A stretch of DNA of 64,000 nucleotides from Acidobacteriota bacterium (lineage in GTDB: Bacteria; Acidobacteriota; Holophagae; Holophagales; Holophagaceae): contig JACQZU010000022.1 of NCBI GenBank assembly GCA_016213735.1, forward strand, positions 59,171 to 123,170, written 5' to 3'. Below are positions 1-8,030 of the stretch, piece by piece; position 1 is the stretch's first letter, and every line of letters begins with the position of its first letter. The translations under genes were made by a program, and so were the position numbers. The notes beneath the pieces are model-generated. The model made no database searches. It saw only the letters and a program-made list of their open reading frames with translations, and was not told where the DNA came from.

Positions 1-2
1 TT

Positions 3-401
3 CCCGCCCGGGTGGGGGAGGCCGGCGCCCGCGCGATCCTCCGCCACCGCCTCCCCATGGGGGCAGAGGAGGCGGTGCGCACGGGATTCTACGATGCCCT
101 CCTGCCAGGAGACCCGGCGGGTTTCCACGCGGAACTGGCACGGCGCGCGGAGAAACTGGCCGGGGAAAGCTTCTTTGCTCGGCTGGAGGCCAAGCGGGGG
201 AGGAGGGTCGCGGACGAGGCTAGAAAATCCCTCGCGGCCTACCGTTCGGAAGAGCTGGCCGAGATGCGGCGAAACTTCTTCGGCTTCGATCCCTCCTACC
301 ACGTGGCCCGTGCGCGCTTCGTGCGAAAGGACCCCCCTGCGTGGACGCCGCGCCACCTGGCCCTCCACCGCGAGCTGGGCTGGAGGGTGCCCCAGCCGTG
401 A
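3..401 (+). CDS. 3' fragment of a gene that runs off the window start. The C-terminal region tentatively resembles the crotonase-like C-terminus of the HypX/HoxX hydrogenase maturation factor.
   Basis: Reading frame open from position 3 with no upstream stop; stop at 399-401. C-terminal sequence ...RNFFGFDPSYHVARARFVRK...; the similarity call is from memory only. Confidence 0.35.
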   Translation, partial: PARVGEAGARAILRHRLPMGAEEAVRTGFYDALLPGDPAGFHAELARRAEKLAGESFFARLEAKRGRRVADEARKSLAAYRSEELAEMRRNFFGFDPSYHVARARFVRKDPPAWTPRHLALHRELGWRVPQP

Positions 402-1276
402 ACCCCCTGGACCCGCGCCGCGGAAGCGCCCTCGTGGCCGGGGCGGCCCTGCTCTGGAGTTCCAGCGGCCTTTTCATCAAGGTGCTCTCCCTGGGACCCC
501 TGGCCATCGCCGGGTTCCGGAGCGCCGTGGCCGCCGCCGCGATGGTGCTGGCGCTGCGCCTCCTGGGCAGGCCCGTGAGGCTCCGCCCGGACCTCCTGGG
601 CGCGGGCGCCGCCGCGGCCTACGCCGGCCTGCTGGTGGCCTTCGTCGGGGCCACCAAGCTCACCACCGCCGCGAACGCGATCTTCCTCCAGTTCTCGGCG
701 CCGATCTACCTGGTGCTCCTGGAGCCCCTGGTCCTGAAGACGCCCGTCCGGGCCCGCGACCTCGCCGCCGTGGGGTTCAGCCTCGGAGGCATGGCGCTCT
801 TCTTCCTGGGGCGCTTGGAACGGGGCCACCTGGGCGGAAACCTGCTGGGAATCCTTTCGGGGCTCTTCCTCGCGACCTTCACGCTGCTCCTCAAGGTCAA
901 GCGTGAGCGGGAGCCCGGGTCCGATCCTGTGGGGGCCATCATCCTGGGCAACATCCTGGTGGCGTTGCTCTGCCTGCCCACGGGGCTGCAGGGCCCCATG
1001 CCGGGAGCCCGGGAAGCATTCCTGCTGCTCTACCTGGGCGTCTTTCAGATCGCCGTGGCCTATCTGCTTTTCAACGCCGGCATGCGCCACCTCAGCGCCA
1101 CAGCGGCCCTGGTGGTCGGCACCCTGGAAGCGGTGCTCAATCCGGTCTGGGTGTACTTGGGGACCGGCGAGAAACCCGGCGGATGGGCCCTCCTGGGCGG
1201 AATCGTGGTCCTCCTGTCCGTGGCCTGGTACGCCTTGGCTGCACCGGCCCGGGAGCCCCCCCTCCCAGATTCCTGA
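398..1276 (+). CDS. EamA/DMT-superfamily membrane transporter
   Basis: Ten-TM-like hydrophobic profile and duplicated EamA-type halves (…AGAALLWSSSGLFIKV…, …LFNAGMRHLSATAAALVV…). A GTG start at 398 overlaps the upstream stop (GTGA). Confidence 0.75.
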   Translation: MNPLDPRRGSALVAGAALLWSSSGLFIKVLSLGPLAIAGFRSAVAAAAMVLALRLLGRPVRLRPDLLGAGAAAAYAGLLVAFVGATKLTTAANAIFLQFSAPIYLVLLEPLVLKTPVRARDLAAVGFSLGGMALFFLGRLERGHLGGNLLGILSGLFLATFTLLLKVKREREPGSDPVGAIILGNILVALLCLPTGLQGPMPGAREAFLLLYLGVFQIAVAYLLFNAGMRHLSATAALVVGTLEAVLNPVWVYLGTGEKPGGWALLGGIVVLLSVAWYALAAPAREPPLPDS

Positions 1277-1286
1277 ATGGGGTTCC

Positions 1287-1312
1287 CCTGTGGAATGCGC
1301 GGGATGTGGGGG
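1287..1312 (+). promoter_or_regulatory. second copy of the ccctgtggaatgcg motif plus a downstream TGTGGG, just 3' of the EamA and fis-like genes
   Basis: Exact 14-mer shared with 1668..1681. Confidence 0.3.
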
Positions 1313-1340
1313 CCGGGACCAGCGGTGCCCCGGGGGAGAA

Positions 1341-1565
1341 TCAGCTCGCCGCGCGAACCCCCGGGCGGTTGGCCAGGAAGTCGTCCAGCTTCTTGCTGAG
1401 GGTGTTCCGATGGATGCCCAGGGACCGGGCCGCAGCGCTCTGGTTTCCCTTATGCGCACTGATCACCTCCTCGACGAAGAGGCGCTCGAACTCGCGCTTC
1501 GCCACATCGAAGGGGATGTCGTGGCGGACCATTTCCTTGACCAGGGCCCTCAGACTCTCGCGCAT
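1341..1565 (-). CDS. Fis-family helix-turn-helix DNA-binding protein (74 aa)
   Basis: C-terminal Fis-type HTH: ...KGNQSAAARSLGIHRNTLSKKLDDF...; ATG at 1565. The much longer antisense ORF in the track (1341..3356) is an artefact opposite pyk. Confidence 0.7.
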   Translation of the reverse strand: MRESLRALVKEMVRHDIPFDVAKREFERLFVEEVISAHKGNQSAAARSLGIHRNTLSKKLDDFLANRPGVRAAS

Positions 1566-1656
1566 CACCGCGCACCTCGCACCGAATGGGAAGGACGAAG
1601 GTAGCACTCCCGGCGGAGCTTGCAAAGCCTTCGTGAGACAATGTCCATGCGGGTTT

Positions 1657-1688
1657 CCTGTGGAAATCCCTGTGGAATGCGTGTGGAG
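1657..1688 (+). promoter_or_regulatory. three TGTGGA(A/G) direct repeats at 12- and 11-bp spacing in the fis-like/pyk divergent promoter region
   Basis: cctgTGGAAatccc/TGTGGAAtgcg/TGTGGAGaaacc; the 14-mer ccctgtggaatgcg recurs at 1287..1300. Confidence 0.35.
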
Positions 1689-1703
1689 AAACCCGAGGAG
1701 CGG

Positions 1704-3122
1704 ATGCGCAAGACCAAGCTCGTGATCACCATAGGCCCCTCCCTGGAGGACCCCGACCTGCTCCGGGAAGTCCTCAGGGAAGCTGACGCCGTCCGGCTCA
1801 ACGCCAGCCACGGCGATGCCCCGAGCCGGACCCGGGCGGTGGAACAGGTACGTACCTTGAGCGCCGACCTGGGACGGCTCGTCCCCATCTTCCTGGATCT
1901 CCAGGGACCCAAGTGGCGCGTGGGGGACCTGCCGCGGCCCATCGAATTGCCTGCGGAAAGCATCGGATGCCTTCTTGCGCCGGGGGATCCGTGCCTGCAG
2001 GGAGCCGCATGGGACATCCCCTTGCCCCACCCGGAGATCCTGGCGGGGGCACGGCCCGGCCAGCGCTGGCTCCTGGACGACGGCTCCCTGGAGCTGCAGG
2101 TGACTTCCGCGGGGCCCGGCGGGGTTCGCGCCCGCGTCGTGAGGGGCGGACTCCTGAAGGCCCGGAAGGGGATCCACCCGCTGGGACTGGAGATGGCCGT
2201 GGAGCCGCTGACCGACAAGGACCGAGAGGACGTGGCCTGGGGGGTCCGCTACGGAGTGGAGTTCTTCGCTCAGAGTTTCGTGCGGTCCGCGGCGGACATC
2301 CGGGAACTGCAACGCCTCATCGCCGCGGCAGGGGGGACCCAGCCCATCATCGCGAAGATCGAGCACCCCCAGGCCCTGGAGCGACTGGAAGAGATCCTGG
2401 AGGCCAGCTGGGGGGTGATGGTGGCCCGGGGGGACCTGGGGGTGGAGTTGGGGGTGGAGCGGGTCCCGGCCACCCAGAAACACATCATCCGGTGCGCACG
2501 GAAGGCGCTGAAGCCCGTCATCACCGCCACCCAGATGCTGGAGAGCATGATCGAGAATCCAAGCCCCACCCGGGCCGAGGCCAGCGACGTGGCCAACGCC
2601 ATCTGGGACGGCACCGACGCCGTGATGCTCAGCGCCGAGAGTGCCGCAGGGCAGTACCCCGGGGAGGCCGTGGCCTGGCTGGCCAGAATCGCGGCCGAGG
2701 CTGACCAGCACCCCCAGGCGGTCCGCGGGGACGAACCGGACCTGGTCCAGCATCACACCGGGCGCACCGATGTGTCCGTGGCCTTCGCGGCCAGCCGTTG
2801 CGCCGAGCAGCTGGAGGCCCGCTGGATCGTGGCCTTCACGGAAGGAGGGGGCAGCGCCCGCATGGTCAGCCGGCTCGCGGGACCCACCCGGGTCATCGGT
2901 GCCACCACGGACCTGGGCACGGCCCGGCGCATGGGCCTCCTCCGCGGTGTGGAACCCCTGCTCATCCGGCGCTTCGAGAGCACCGACGAGATGGTGGAAT
3001 CCGTGGAGCGCCTGCTTCAGGAGCGCCACAACCTGGACCGGGGGGACACGGTGGTCATGACCTTCGGCCTCCCCCTGTGGCGCACGGGCACCACCAACTC
3101 CTTGAAGGTGGTGGTGTTCTGA
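1704..3122 (+). CDS. pyk: pyruvate kinase
   Basis: Full-length pyruvate kinase motifs: MRKTKLVITIGPS, ...IIAKIEHPQALE..., ...MVARGDLGVE..., ...MLSAESAAGQYP...; ATG at 1704 chosen over upstream in-frame starts. Confidence 0.9.
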   Translation: MRKTKLVITIGPSLEDPDLLREVLREADAVRLNASHGDAPSRTRAVEQVRTLSADLGRLVPIFLDLQGPKWRVGDLPRPIELPAESIGCLLAPGDPCLQGAAWDIPLPHPEILAGARPGQRWLLDDGSLELQVTSAGPGGVRARVVRGGLLKARKGIHPLGLEMAVEPLTDKDREDVAWGVRYGVEFFAQSFVRSAADIRELQRLIAAAGGTQPIIAKIEHPQALERLEEILEASWGVMVARGDLGVELGVERVPATQKHIIRCARKALKPVITATQMLESMIENPSPTRAEASDVANAIWDGTDAVMLSAESAAGQYPGEAVAWLARIAAEADQHPQAVRGDEPDLVQHHTGRTDVSVAFAASRCAEQLEARWIVAFTEGGGSARMVSRLAGPTRVIGATTDLGTARRMGLLRGVEPLLIRRFESTDEMVESVERLLQERHNLDRGDTVVMTFGLPLWRTGTTNSLKVVVF

Positions 3123-3123
3123 C

Positions 3124-3285
3124 ATGAAGGCCCTCTTCCGCTTCGCCGCCATGAGCGCCACCAGCGCCCTGGGCTGGTGGCTGGGCTCCTTCGTGGGCCT
3201 GATGACCGCGGTGGTCCTGTCGGCCCTCTTCTCGGGCCTGGGCCTCTGGGGGGCCCACTGGATCTCGCGGAACTGGATGGAGTAG
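3124..3285 (+). CDS. small hydrophobic membrane protein (53 aa), hypothetical
   Basis: ATG 1 nt after the pyk stop (TGAcATG); two predicted TM helices (MKALFRFAAMSATSALGWWLGSFVGLMTAVVLSALFSGLGLWGAHWI…). Shorter than the track's length cutoff. Confidence 0.35.
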   Translation: MKALFRFAAMSATSALGWWLGSFVGLMTAVVLSALFSGLGLWGAHWISRNWME

Positions 3286-3344
3286 GCGAGGCATCTCCGT
3301 CGCGGCAGCCCGGAGGGAAGAAATGTCCTTTCACCACGAAAAAC

Positions 3345-3554
3345 ACGAAAGGGCATGAAAGGGATTCATAGGAATCTGCGATCAACGACCCAGGACCCGC
3401 CGCCAAGGCGCCAGGTTTTTCCTCGCCTCGCGCATCGGCAAGGCCGATACCGAGAAGGCGCCAAGAAAGGGAAATCCAATACCCATGCAGTTCTTGGTTT
3501 GCATGGAGTCTTGGCGGTGAGAACCGACTTTCCGAAGGATTGAACGCCCCTTGG
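3345..3554. repeat. copy A of an about 210-bp low-GC noncoding repeat element
   Basis: Aligns with 7784..7989 at about 70% identity, with shared blocks (gccgataccgag, gaacgccccttgg, ccgccaagg…cttgg). Frame-breaking indels argue against protein coding. Confidence 0.6.
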
Positions 3555-3556
3555 AA

Positions 3557-3859
3557 TCACGCCCATCCGGGGTCGCCTTCGGTCCATGCCCGGAGGGCCT
3601 CCGCGAGGCGTTTCAACTGCACGGCCTCGGTGGTGCGGAAACGGCTCACCAGCTTCCACCCCTGGGAGGTGCGCTGGTAGCGGTGAAGCCAAAGGAAGGG
3701 CCCCTCCCAGGGAGCCTCCCCGTCCCGCCGGGTGCGCACCAGGAAGGCGATGGAGGTCCAGGGACCTTCCGCGAGCACCCGGCGGTCCAACTCCTCCAAG
3801 AGTTCGTCATCCTCGGAGGCGAGGCGCAGTTCGTCGAGGTCGTCGGGCAGGGAATTCAT
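3557..3859 (-). CDS. hypothetical protein (100 aa, acidic N-terminus)
   Basis: ORF with genome-typical codon usage, divergent from the lipoprotein gene; no recognisable domain. Confidence 0.4.
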   Translation of the reverse strand: MNSLPDDLDELRLASEDDELLEELDRRVLAEGPWTSIAFLVRTRRDGEAPWEGPFLWLHRYQRTSQGWKLVSRFRTTEAVQLKRLAEALRAWTEGDPGWA

Positions 3860-3959
3860 GGAGGGGTCCGGGCTTCTCCCAGCTTACGGGATTGCCGATT
3901 TCCACGACCCATTCTCCTGGCGTATCGTGTTCCTGCCTGGACCCTCCGGGGAGGACACC

Positions 3960-4769
3960 ATGAGATCCAGAACCCTCCTCTTCGGCCTCTTGGCTCTTCT
4001 GGCGCTGGCCTGCGCCACCCCTGAGACCGTGCACCGACGCAGCAGCCTCGCGGCCTACCTGGGCGGGAAGGCCCAGCCCCCCGGGGAGACTCCCTCCGGG
4101 CCGGCCCGGCTCCAGCTGCCGCTTCGCCTGGGCATCGCCTTCGTTCCCCCCGACCCGACCGAACACCGTGGCGAGATGACCATGAAGAACCTCGAGGGGC
4201 CCTGGAGCCCAGACCGGGAGCAGGACCTTCACCAGCGTGTGACCGCGGTTTTCCAGGCCAAACCCTGGGCCCTCAGCTTCAAGATCATCCCCTCCCTCTA
4301 CCTCAAGAAGGGCGGGGGTTTCGAGGACCTGGAGGGGGTGACGCGGGCCTTCGGCGTGGACGTCATCGCCCTGGTCTCCGTGGACCAGATCCAGTTCAGC
4401 AGCCCCCGCTGGTATTCCTGGACCTACTGGACCCTGGTGGGGGCCTACATGGTCCGGGGGGACCGGAACGACACCACCACCCTGGTGGATGCGGCGGTTT
4501 ATCACGTGCCCTCGCGTACTTTCCTCTTCCGGGCCGGGGCCGTGGGGACGGTGAAAGGCAGCTCCACCTGGGCCCGGAGGGCCGAGGCATTCCGGGAGCA
4601 GTCCAAGGAGAGCGTGGCGGCGGCCATGGCGGACCTGTCTCCGGCCTTGGACAGGGGGGTCGAGGGTTTCAAACAGGAAATCCTGAAGGGCGCCCGGAAG
4701 GACGTGGTGCTGGTGGACAAGGACGGGAATCCACTGGGAAGTCCCGCCTATGACCCCACCAGGCGCTGA
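3960..4769 (+). CDS. lipoprotein, hypothetical
   Basis: Signal peptide with lipobox (MRSRTLLFGLLALLALAC|ATP); start chosen at the internal ATG at 3960 rather than the low-complexity upstream extension. Confidence 0.6.
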   Translation: MRSRTLLFGLLALLALACATPETVHRRSSLAAYLGGKAQPPGETPSGPARLQLPLRLGIAFVPPDPTEHRGEMTMKNLEGPWSPDREQDLHQRVTAVFQAKPWALSFKIIPSLYLKKGGGFEDLEGVTRAFGVDVIALVSVDQIQFSSPRWYSWTYWTLVGAYMVRGDRNDTTTLVDAAVYHVPSRTFLFRAGAVGTVKGSSTWARRAEAFREQSKESVAAAMADLSPALDRGVEGFKQEILKGARKDVVLVDKDGNPLGSPAYDPTRR

Positions 4770-4811
4770 AGTCCCCTGGGTGAAACCTGGAATTCGTGGT
4801 GGATTAGGTAC

Positions 4812-6044
4812 ATGCGCATCGAAGCCATCGCCATCGGGACCGAGCTCCTCACCACGCGGCGGACGGACACCAATTCCGTGTGGCTCGGGGAACGGCTGGC
4901 CGGGCTGGGCCTGGCCTTTCATCGCAAGACCTGCGTCGGGGATGACCCAGACGATCTGAAATCTGTGTTCGCCGAGGCCCTCACGCGCTCCGAGCTCATC
5001 ATCTGCACGGGAGGCCTGGGACCGACCTTCGACGACGTGACCAAGGAACTCTGGGCGGAACATCTGGGCGCGGAGCTCACCGAGCACCCCCAGGTGAAGG
5101 CCGACATCGTGGAATTCTTCGCCCGGCGAGGCCGCACGCCGCCCAGCACGAATTTCAAGCAGGCGCTGGTTCCCGTCGGCGCCGAGGCCCTGCGCAACGC
5201 CGTGGGGTCGGCCCCGGGGATCTGGTGGGAGCCCGCCTCCCACCCGGGCCGCACGGTGGTGATGCTGCCCGGAGTGCCCCGGGAGATGAAGCACCTCTGG
5301 GAATCCGCGGTCGAACCCCGGTTGAAGGCCCGCGGGGACCAGGCCGTGCACACCCTCCGCCTGGTGGTGGGAGGCGTGCCCGAAAGCTTCCTGGACGAGC
5401 GCACGGCATCCCTTCGGCAACGCCACGGCGGACTGGAGTGGACCATCCTCTCCGCCCTCACCCAGGTGGAGCTCCTCGCCCGGGGCCGGGATCCCGAGGC
5501 CCTGGAAGCCGCGCGCCGGGACTTCGCGGCCTTCCTCGGGACGGACCTGGTGTGCACGGGCCCGGAAAACCTGGAGGACACCGTTCTCGCCCTTCTCCAG
5601 GCCCGCCGCCAGAGCCTGGCCGTGGCGGAGAGCATGCCGGGAGGACTGATCTGCTCGCGCCTCGCCGCCATCCCGGGCTGTTCCCGGGTCCTCCGGGGCG
5701 GCGCGGTGGCTTATTCGGCCGCCGCCAAGCGCCTCCTTTGCGAGGTGGATGCCGGCCTGCTGGAGGCCGAGGGCACGGTTTCGGAGGCGGTCACCCTGGC
5801 CCTGGCCCGGGGCCTCCGTTCGCGCCTGGCCACGGACTGGGCGCTGGGGGTGACGGGCAACGCCGGACCGGAGGCCGACCCGGAGGGGAAGGGCGCCCCG
5901 GTGGGGACCTTCTTCGTGGCGGTCTGCGGCCCCGCGGGAGAGTGCGCCGCCCGCTACGCCTTCCCCACGGACCGGGCGGGCGTCCAGCTGCGAAGCGTGG
6001 GCTGGGCCCTGGACTTCCTGCGAAGGAGGATCCTGGGGACCTGA
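4812..6044 (+). CDS. cinA: CinA-family competence/damage-inducible protein (nicotinamide-nucleotide amidase)
   Basis: N-terminal MoCF-biosynthesis-like domain (MRIEAIAIGTELL…ICTGGLGPTFDD) plus C-terminal CinA domain (…AVAESMPGGLICS…GVTGNAGP…). Confidence 0.85.
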   Translation: MRIEAIAIGTELLTTRRTDTNSVWLGERLAGLGLAFHRKTCVGDDPDDLKSVFAEALTRSELIICTGGLGPTFDDVTKELWAEHLGAELTEHPQVKADIVEFFARRGRTPPSTNFKQALVPVGAEALRNAVGSAPGIWWEPASHPGRTVVMLPGVPREMKHLWESAVEPRLKARGDQAVHTLRLVVGGVPESFLDERTASLRQRHGGLEWTILSALTQVELLARGRDPEALEAARRDFAAFLGTDLVCTGPENLEDTVLALLQARRQSLAVAESMPGGLICSRLAAIPGCSRVLRGGAVAYSAAAKRLLCEVDAGLLEAEGTVSEAVTLALARGLRSRLATDWALGVTGNAGPEADPEGKGAPVGTFFVAVCGPAGECAARYAFPTDRAGVQLRSVGWALDFLRRRILGT

Positions 6045-6112
6045 GGGCCGGCCGGAGGCCTCATGGGGTTTGATCCCCGCCGAGGGCCCGAGGTCCCCTC
6101 CTTCCGTCTGCT

Positions 6113-6754
6113 ATGGTGGACGCCATGGCGTCTTCCGACCCCGCGAGGCTGGCCTTCTGGTGCCTGGGAGCCTTCCTGGCGGGGAGCATCCCCTTCGGCC
6201 TGCTGCTGGTGAAGGTGGCTGGAAAGGGGGACGTGCGCCGGCACGGCAGCGGCAACATCGGCGCCACCAATGTGAGCCGCGTGGGTGGAAAGGCCCTGGG
6301 GGTCCTCACCCTGCTGCTCGACATCCTGAAGGGGGGCCTTTCCGTTTGGCTCGCCCGTCGCGCCGGGCTGGATTACAACTTCGTGGCCCTGGTCGGCTTC
6401 CTGGCCGTGGCGGGGCACGTGTTCACCCCCTGGCTCAAGTTCCAGGGCGGCAAGGGCGTGGCCACCGCCCTGGGGGCCGCCTTCGCGCTGGATCCTGTCT
6501 GGATCCTGCCCAGCCTCGGGCTGTTCGCCGTCCTGCTGGCCCTGTTCCGCTTCGTGAGCCTGGGCAGCGTGGCCGGCGCGGCGCTCATGCCCCTGGTGCT
6601 GGTCTTCCGGAAGCCGCCGGGCCCCGTGTGGCCCGGCCTTCTGCTCTGGGCCGCCACCTTCTTCCTCGTCATCGCCAAGCACCACGAAAACATCCGCCGC
6701 CTCCTGAAGGGGGAGGAGAGCCCCCTCTGGGGACGCAAGGAGGCCCGAGGATGA
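6113..6754 (+). CDS. plsY: glycerol-3-phosphate acyltransferase PlsY
   Basis: PlsY motifs GSGNIGATN, …GGKGVAT…, and a multi-TM profile. Confidence 0.85.
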   Translation: MVDAMASSDPARLAFWCLGAFLAGSIPFGLLLVKVAGKGDVRRHGSGNIGATNVSRVGGKALGVLTLLLDILKGGLSVWLARRAGLDYNFVALVGFLAVAGHVFTPWLKFQGGKGVATALGAAFALDPVWILPSLGLFAVLLALFRFVSLGSVAGAALMPLVLVFRKPPGPVWPGLLLWAATFFLVIAKHHENIRRLLKGEESPLWGRKEARG

Positions 6755-7758
6755 CCCGGCTCCCTGACCTGGCGGTCTTCGGCGCAGGCAGCTGGGGCAC
6801 CGCCCTGGCGATCAACTGGGCCCGGGGGGGTGCGCACGTCGTGGTGTGGAGCGCCCTTCCCCAGGAGACCGCGGCCCTGGCAGCCACCAGGCGCCATCCC
6901 CGCTTCACGGACGTGGAGTTGCCCGTCACCCTCCGCCCGGTGCAGGACCCCGCCGAAGCCTTCAAGGCGCCCCTCTGGGTCAGCGCCATGGCCACCCAGG
7001 TGAGCCCCGGGGCCTGGCGGGACCTGCGCCGGCTGGCCCCGGGGCCCCCCGAGGCCCTCATCCACTGCAGCAAGGGCATCCTCCAGGGAAGCCTCCAGAC
7101 CCTCAGCCAGGCCCTCGCCGAGGTTTTTTCGATCCCCGTGGGGGTGCTCAGCGGCCCCACCTTTGCCGACGAAGTGAGCCGGAACCTCCCCTCGGCCATC
7201 CTGCTGGCCCTCCCGGAACCCGTGCCGGATGCCCGGGCCCAGCAACTCCAGGCCCTTCTGGCCACCGAGAGGCTGCGGGTCTACCTCAGCCGCGACGTGG
7301 TGGGCGTGGAACTTTGTGCGGCCCTGAAGAACATCCTGGCCATCGCGGCGGGCCTGGTGGACGGCATGGGCCTGGGCCACAACGCGAGGGCCGCCCTCAT
7401 CACCCGGGGTCTGGCGGAGATGAGCCGCCTGGTCCAGGCCCTGGGCGGACAGGCCAGCACCGTCATGGGCCTGGCGGGGATGGGGGACCTGCTGCTCACC
7501 GCCACCGGGGCCCAGAGCCGGAACCGGGGCTTCGGGGAACTCGTGGGCCGTGGCTACGCGATCAAGGCCGCCCAGGAGGCCCTGGGCGGCCAGGTGGTGG
7601 AAGGCATGTTCACCACGGAGGCTGCCCTGGCCCTGGCGCAGCGGGCGGGGGTGGAACTGCCCATTGCGGCAGAGGTGGGCCGCCTCCTGGCGGGTGCCGA
7701 TCCCCTGGAGGCCGTCACCCGCCTCATGAAGCGCTCCCTCAAGTCCGAGTGGGCCTGA
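6751..7758 (+). CDS. gpsA: NAD(P)H-dependent glycerol-3-phosphate dehydrogenase
   Basis: AVFGAGSWGTALA Rossmann motif and GpsA-type C-terminal domain; ATG overlaps the plsY stop (ATGA). Confidence 0.9.
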   Translation: MTRLPDLAVFGAGSWGTALAINWARGGAHVVVWSALPQETAALAATRRHPRFTDVELPVTLRPVQDPAEAFKAPLWVSAMATQVSPGAWRDLRRLAPGPPEALIHCSKGILQGSLQTLSQALAEVFSIPVGVLSGPTFADEVSRNLPSAILLALPEPVPDARAQQLQALLATERLRVYLSRDVVGVELCAALKNILAIAAGLVDGMGLGHNARAALITRGLAEMSRLVQALGGQASTVMGLAGMGDLLLTATGAQSRNRGFGELVGRGYAIKAAQEALGGQVVEGMFTTEAALALAQRAGVELPIAAEVGRLLAGADPLEAVTRLMKRSLKSEWA

Positions 7759-7783
7759 GGGAGGATCGCCGAACAGGCTTCAC

Positions 7784-7989
7784 CCCGAAGGGCACGAAGC
7801 GTCGAAGGGATTGGTGTTCATAGGGTTTTTCCCACCGCCAAGGATCCAGATTTCATCTTTTCTCGCGCATCCGCAAAGCCGATACCGAGAGGACGCGGAG
7901 AAAAGGGGATCCAAAATTCCTGCACCTCTTGGCGTCCCTGGTGTCCTGGCGGGGAGTCATCCCTTTTCGAGGTGTGGAACGCCCCTTGG
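7784..7989. repeat. copy B of the same about 210-bp noncoding repeat element
   Basis: See copy A. Lies between the convergent gpsA and GGDEF-regulator genes. Confidence 0.6.
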
Positions 7990-8030
7990 TCGAAAAGCCC
8001 ACACAGGGCCTTTGGCTTCGCAGAGCACCC

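Noticed and set aside
1341-3356. 671-aa minus-strand ORF covering the whole of pyk
   Set aside because: Antisense open frame typical of 70% GC DNA; only its last 74 codons (the Fis-like HTH) look like a real protein. A strong pyruvate kinase is on the plus strand.
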